In this document: positions 34,101-36,968 of the stretch, piece by piece
How the letters are laid out: every line of letters starts with the position of its first letter
Numbering within the stretch: the first letter of the stretch is position 1
Assembly: GCF_001194135.2 (NCBI RefSeq)
Contig: NC_068981.1
Location: forward strand, 54,567,739-54,604,706
Direction of reading: 5' to 3'
DNA: 36,968 nt
Source of the DNA: Octopus bimaculoides
Taxonomy: Eukaryota
Notes under the pieces: model-generated
Told to the model about the DNA's origin: nothing
The model's input: only the letters and a program-made list of their open reading frames with translations
The model's database searches: none
Position numbers and translations under genes: made by a program

Positions 34101-34899
34101 TATATTATGCATATTGTTTATATTTATCTATCTATCTATCTATCTGTTACGTATATTATATTGTGCGTATATTATATTGTGAATACGCGCGCGCACACAC
34201 GTAGATATATACCGATAGATAGATAGATAGATAGTGACACAGTGTATGTGTCTGTGTGAGAGAGAGAAAGAGAGAGAGAGAGAGAGAAAGAGAGAGAATC
34301 TGTTTTGATAGATGTGACTTAGTATTGGAATTCTATTTATATTCTTTTCTTTTCCCCTACCTCTGGTATTATTTGCGCTTCTCTATTCTGCTTGACAGAT
34401 TAATTCCGTTTCTCCGTAATTAAGCCACTGACCTTTATTTCAGTAATGATATTCATACAACAAATAATGCCGGGGTTATAATAGCTGATACAGACTTGTT
34501 GAGGAATTACTTTATGGCTGTTAGTGTACTTGTTAATGCGTTTAGATATTCAACATCAATGATGTGACTTTATCATGGTGTGTGTGTGTGTGTGTGTGTG
34601 TGCTTTGGTTTGCGCGTTGTACACGTATTTGTCTGTCAGTATATTTGTTTCTGTATGTAAGTGTATATGCAGTTGAGAAGTTCGCTTCGCAAATCCCTAG
34701 TTTCGGATTCGATTTCACTTTGCAGTATATTAAGGAAGTGTCTTCTGTCACAGCTTCGTATCGACCGAATGAAATGTGGTAAAAGACACATCTTGCAGAA
34801 GAGGATGGCGGAACAGTTTTTATTTGTGGGTGATAGAATTAATAATTGTTTTTCTTTTACACACTGGATCTCGTGGAAGATCAAGTACCGAGACTGACG

Positions 34900-35087
34900 A
34901 GATTGGCAAAATGCTTAGTGGCATTTCGTCCGTCTTTATGTCCTGAGTTCAAATTCCGCCGAGATCGACTTTGCCTTTCATCCTTTCGGGCTTCGCTAAA
35001 ATAAGAAGCAGCTAAGCTTGGGTTCGATGTAATAGACTTACTTTCTCCCACGAAATTGCTGGCCTTATGCCAAAATTTGAAATCAGT
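34900..35087 (+). mobile_element. SINE family A copy, diverged but CpG-retaining
   Basis: AAATGCTTAGTGGCATTTCGTCCGTC..GAGTTCAAATTCCGCCGAGATCGACTTTGCCTTTCATCCTTTCGGG..CCAAAATTTGAAATCAG. Confidence 0.82.
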
Positions 35088-35124
35088 ATTCTTTTTGAAT
35101 TATTGTAAATCAACAACTACGAAA

Positions 35125-36880
35125 AAGACATGAGCAAGGAGGGATTCCTGATGACCAACGTTCTGGGAAGGAAGGACTGAATTTAGTGATTAGTGTGAAG
35201 TCCTGGCGCTTTGGACGCTATAAGGACGATGAATGGAGGAAACAAATAGGCTAGGAATACCTGAATTGAGGTGGCATGACACCAGTCAACTCTGTGGAAC
35301 GTAGGTCATTATAGTATCAGCAGAAAAGCCAGAGAGAGGTGGCAGCGAACTTGTGAGCCAGAGACTGGAACGTGTCTGTGTGTAGCTTTATATCAGTCAG
35401 TCTGTGTGTACAGCAGTTGTACTGCACCAGATATCTGGACACTTTTCCATTGTGGGCCTTACTTCAGTTGTGTAGAATGTCAATAATTACTGGGGACTGA
35501 AGTACCTTCTGGCCATAAAGACAGGATCAATTGCTGGAATGCGGTCCAAGCTATGTTAAGGATGTGCTTTCGCCAGTAGAAATACTCGGTATTTGTGGTC
35601 CACATATTTAGAGCGATTATGAAAACTGTATTTGTTTGCTGTTTATGATTAAATGGGGATGCGTTAGAAGAATGGTTTCTTTATATAAGAAGCATTTGTA
35701 TTGTCTTGCAGTTGAAAGAGACAAGATTGGCATAATTCCGTGGGAGAATGCTTTCTTGGTCTCTGTTCGTGAAATCGGTGCGGATTTGGCGTGTGGTGTC
35801 TAGTTTGTGAGTGGATCATATAAGGTTGGGAATGGCTAGGGAAGAATGAAGATAGGTCAGTGAGTTACAGAAAGTGAGGAGCAAACTCGAACTTTAATGC
35901 ACGCCGAAGTAGATAGGGTGAGGAACAGAAAGAGATCCTTTAATACAGGCGACGATAGGAAGCTACTGATTCAGGAAATAAAAGATTTCGATGGGAGATT
36001 TGTATGCCAGACACAATCGGAAGCTTTGCTGACGTCGATGGCGACAACCACCTGCTAGTGGGTCACATGGGAGAGTAGGTTATCAATGGATCTGGCTTCA
36101 CGGAAACTGTATTCTTGACCATTAAGGGGGGGGGAGAGAAAAAGGGGGAAAAGAGAAAGAAGAGGAGAGAAAGAAATAAAGTGTGTGTGTGTGTATGTGT
36201 TTGAGGGAGAGAGAGAGAGAAAGAGAGATAGATAGATAGAGAGAGAGAAAGAGATCTATATTTTTAAAGAACGTTGTTGTTAATAGCTTTCTCCAGTATC
36301 TTAGAGGTACAGGAAGAGATTGCAATAGCGCAATAGTTAAGCACGATCAAAAAGGTTGCCTTTCTCCGGAATGGGACACACATTAGCGCATCTGCAAAGA
36401 CCAGGGAAGATCCCTGTAGGAAGTGGGAGATCGAAGTTTTTGGTTTGTATAGGGGCCAGCTCTGGGGTTCAACATTTGAGAGTAATACAAGGAACAGTGT
36501 AAATGAGGGTGACTTTGCTGGTTTCAAGCGATTTCAGTTACTCACCTGGTTATGTACTACTGTACCTGGAAGGACGAGAGGAGATCGATTTTGGAAGAGA
36601 TTTGTCAAGAGAATGCCGTGAAGAATTGGCTGCAAAGCAAGAAGCGAAAGTGGAGGCTTTCTCCGTGGAGGTACAGCTCACAGAACATAATTATTGTGAA
36701 GTTGCTCGGTTTAATACGGCCACCTAGCCCTTGAATGCCTTTGGCAGGGTTCACTCAGTTGCAAGCGTTGAGACCAGGACTCAGCTCTAAGGATAACTTC
36801 TTCTCTTGCACTTAACATGTTCTGCAAGCCCTTACAAGGGTCATGGGAATAACATTCTCTCCTCTGACTTAGTCTGTGGA
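35125..36880 (-). mobile_element. Degenerate CR1/Jockey-group LINE ORF2 (RT and C-terminal region), interrupted by a microsatellite at 36122-36255
   Basis: Minus-strand pieces TPELAPI, ANVCPIPEKGN, NYCAIAISSCTSKILEKAINN, QYSFREARS, VVAIDVSKASDCVWH, RPTMEKCPDIW and SFLPRT, with many frameshifts and stops. Confidence 0.85.
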
Positions 36881-36968
36881 GAAAAACAAAAGGAAAAGAA
36901 CAACGAAACATTCATGTATGCGAATGTATGTACATTCGTGAATATGTACAGACATATGTAATATATAT

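Overview
AT-rich, repeat-dense eukaryotic genomic DNA with three assembly gaps (11685-12022, 32514-32655, 33039-33048). The SINE/RTE repeat families and (CA)/(TA)/(GAT) microsatellite load resemble octopus (coleoid cephalopod) DNA; this is recognition from memory, not a database result. No intact host protein-coding gene could be assembled, and most listed ORFs are microsatellite, gap or antisense-transposon artefacts. Supported content: remnants of RTE and CR1-like LINEs, three identical young RTE-type 3' tails, two SINE families, pogo-, mariner-, maT(DD37D)- and hAT-type transposase relics, and a probable solo LTR inside a mariner. Highlights: (i) hammerhead-ribozyme-like motifs of the Penelope-associated type I form at four loci, two with the full CUGAUGA core and unusually long stem-II insertions; (ii) a 447-bp gap-free fold-back palindrome carrying such a motif in each arm; (iii) a fold-back inverted duplication centred on a 14-bp palindrome in a retroelement tail; (iv) a 176-nt multi-hairpin structure closed by a 23-bp stem downstream of a TATA-like box; (v) a CpG-poor to CpG-retaining switch near 27.4 kb.
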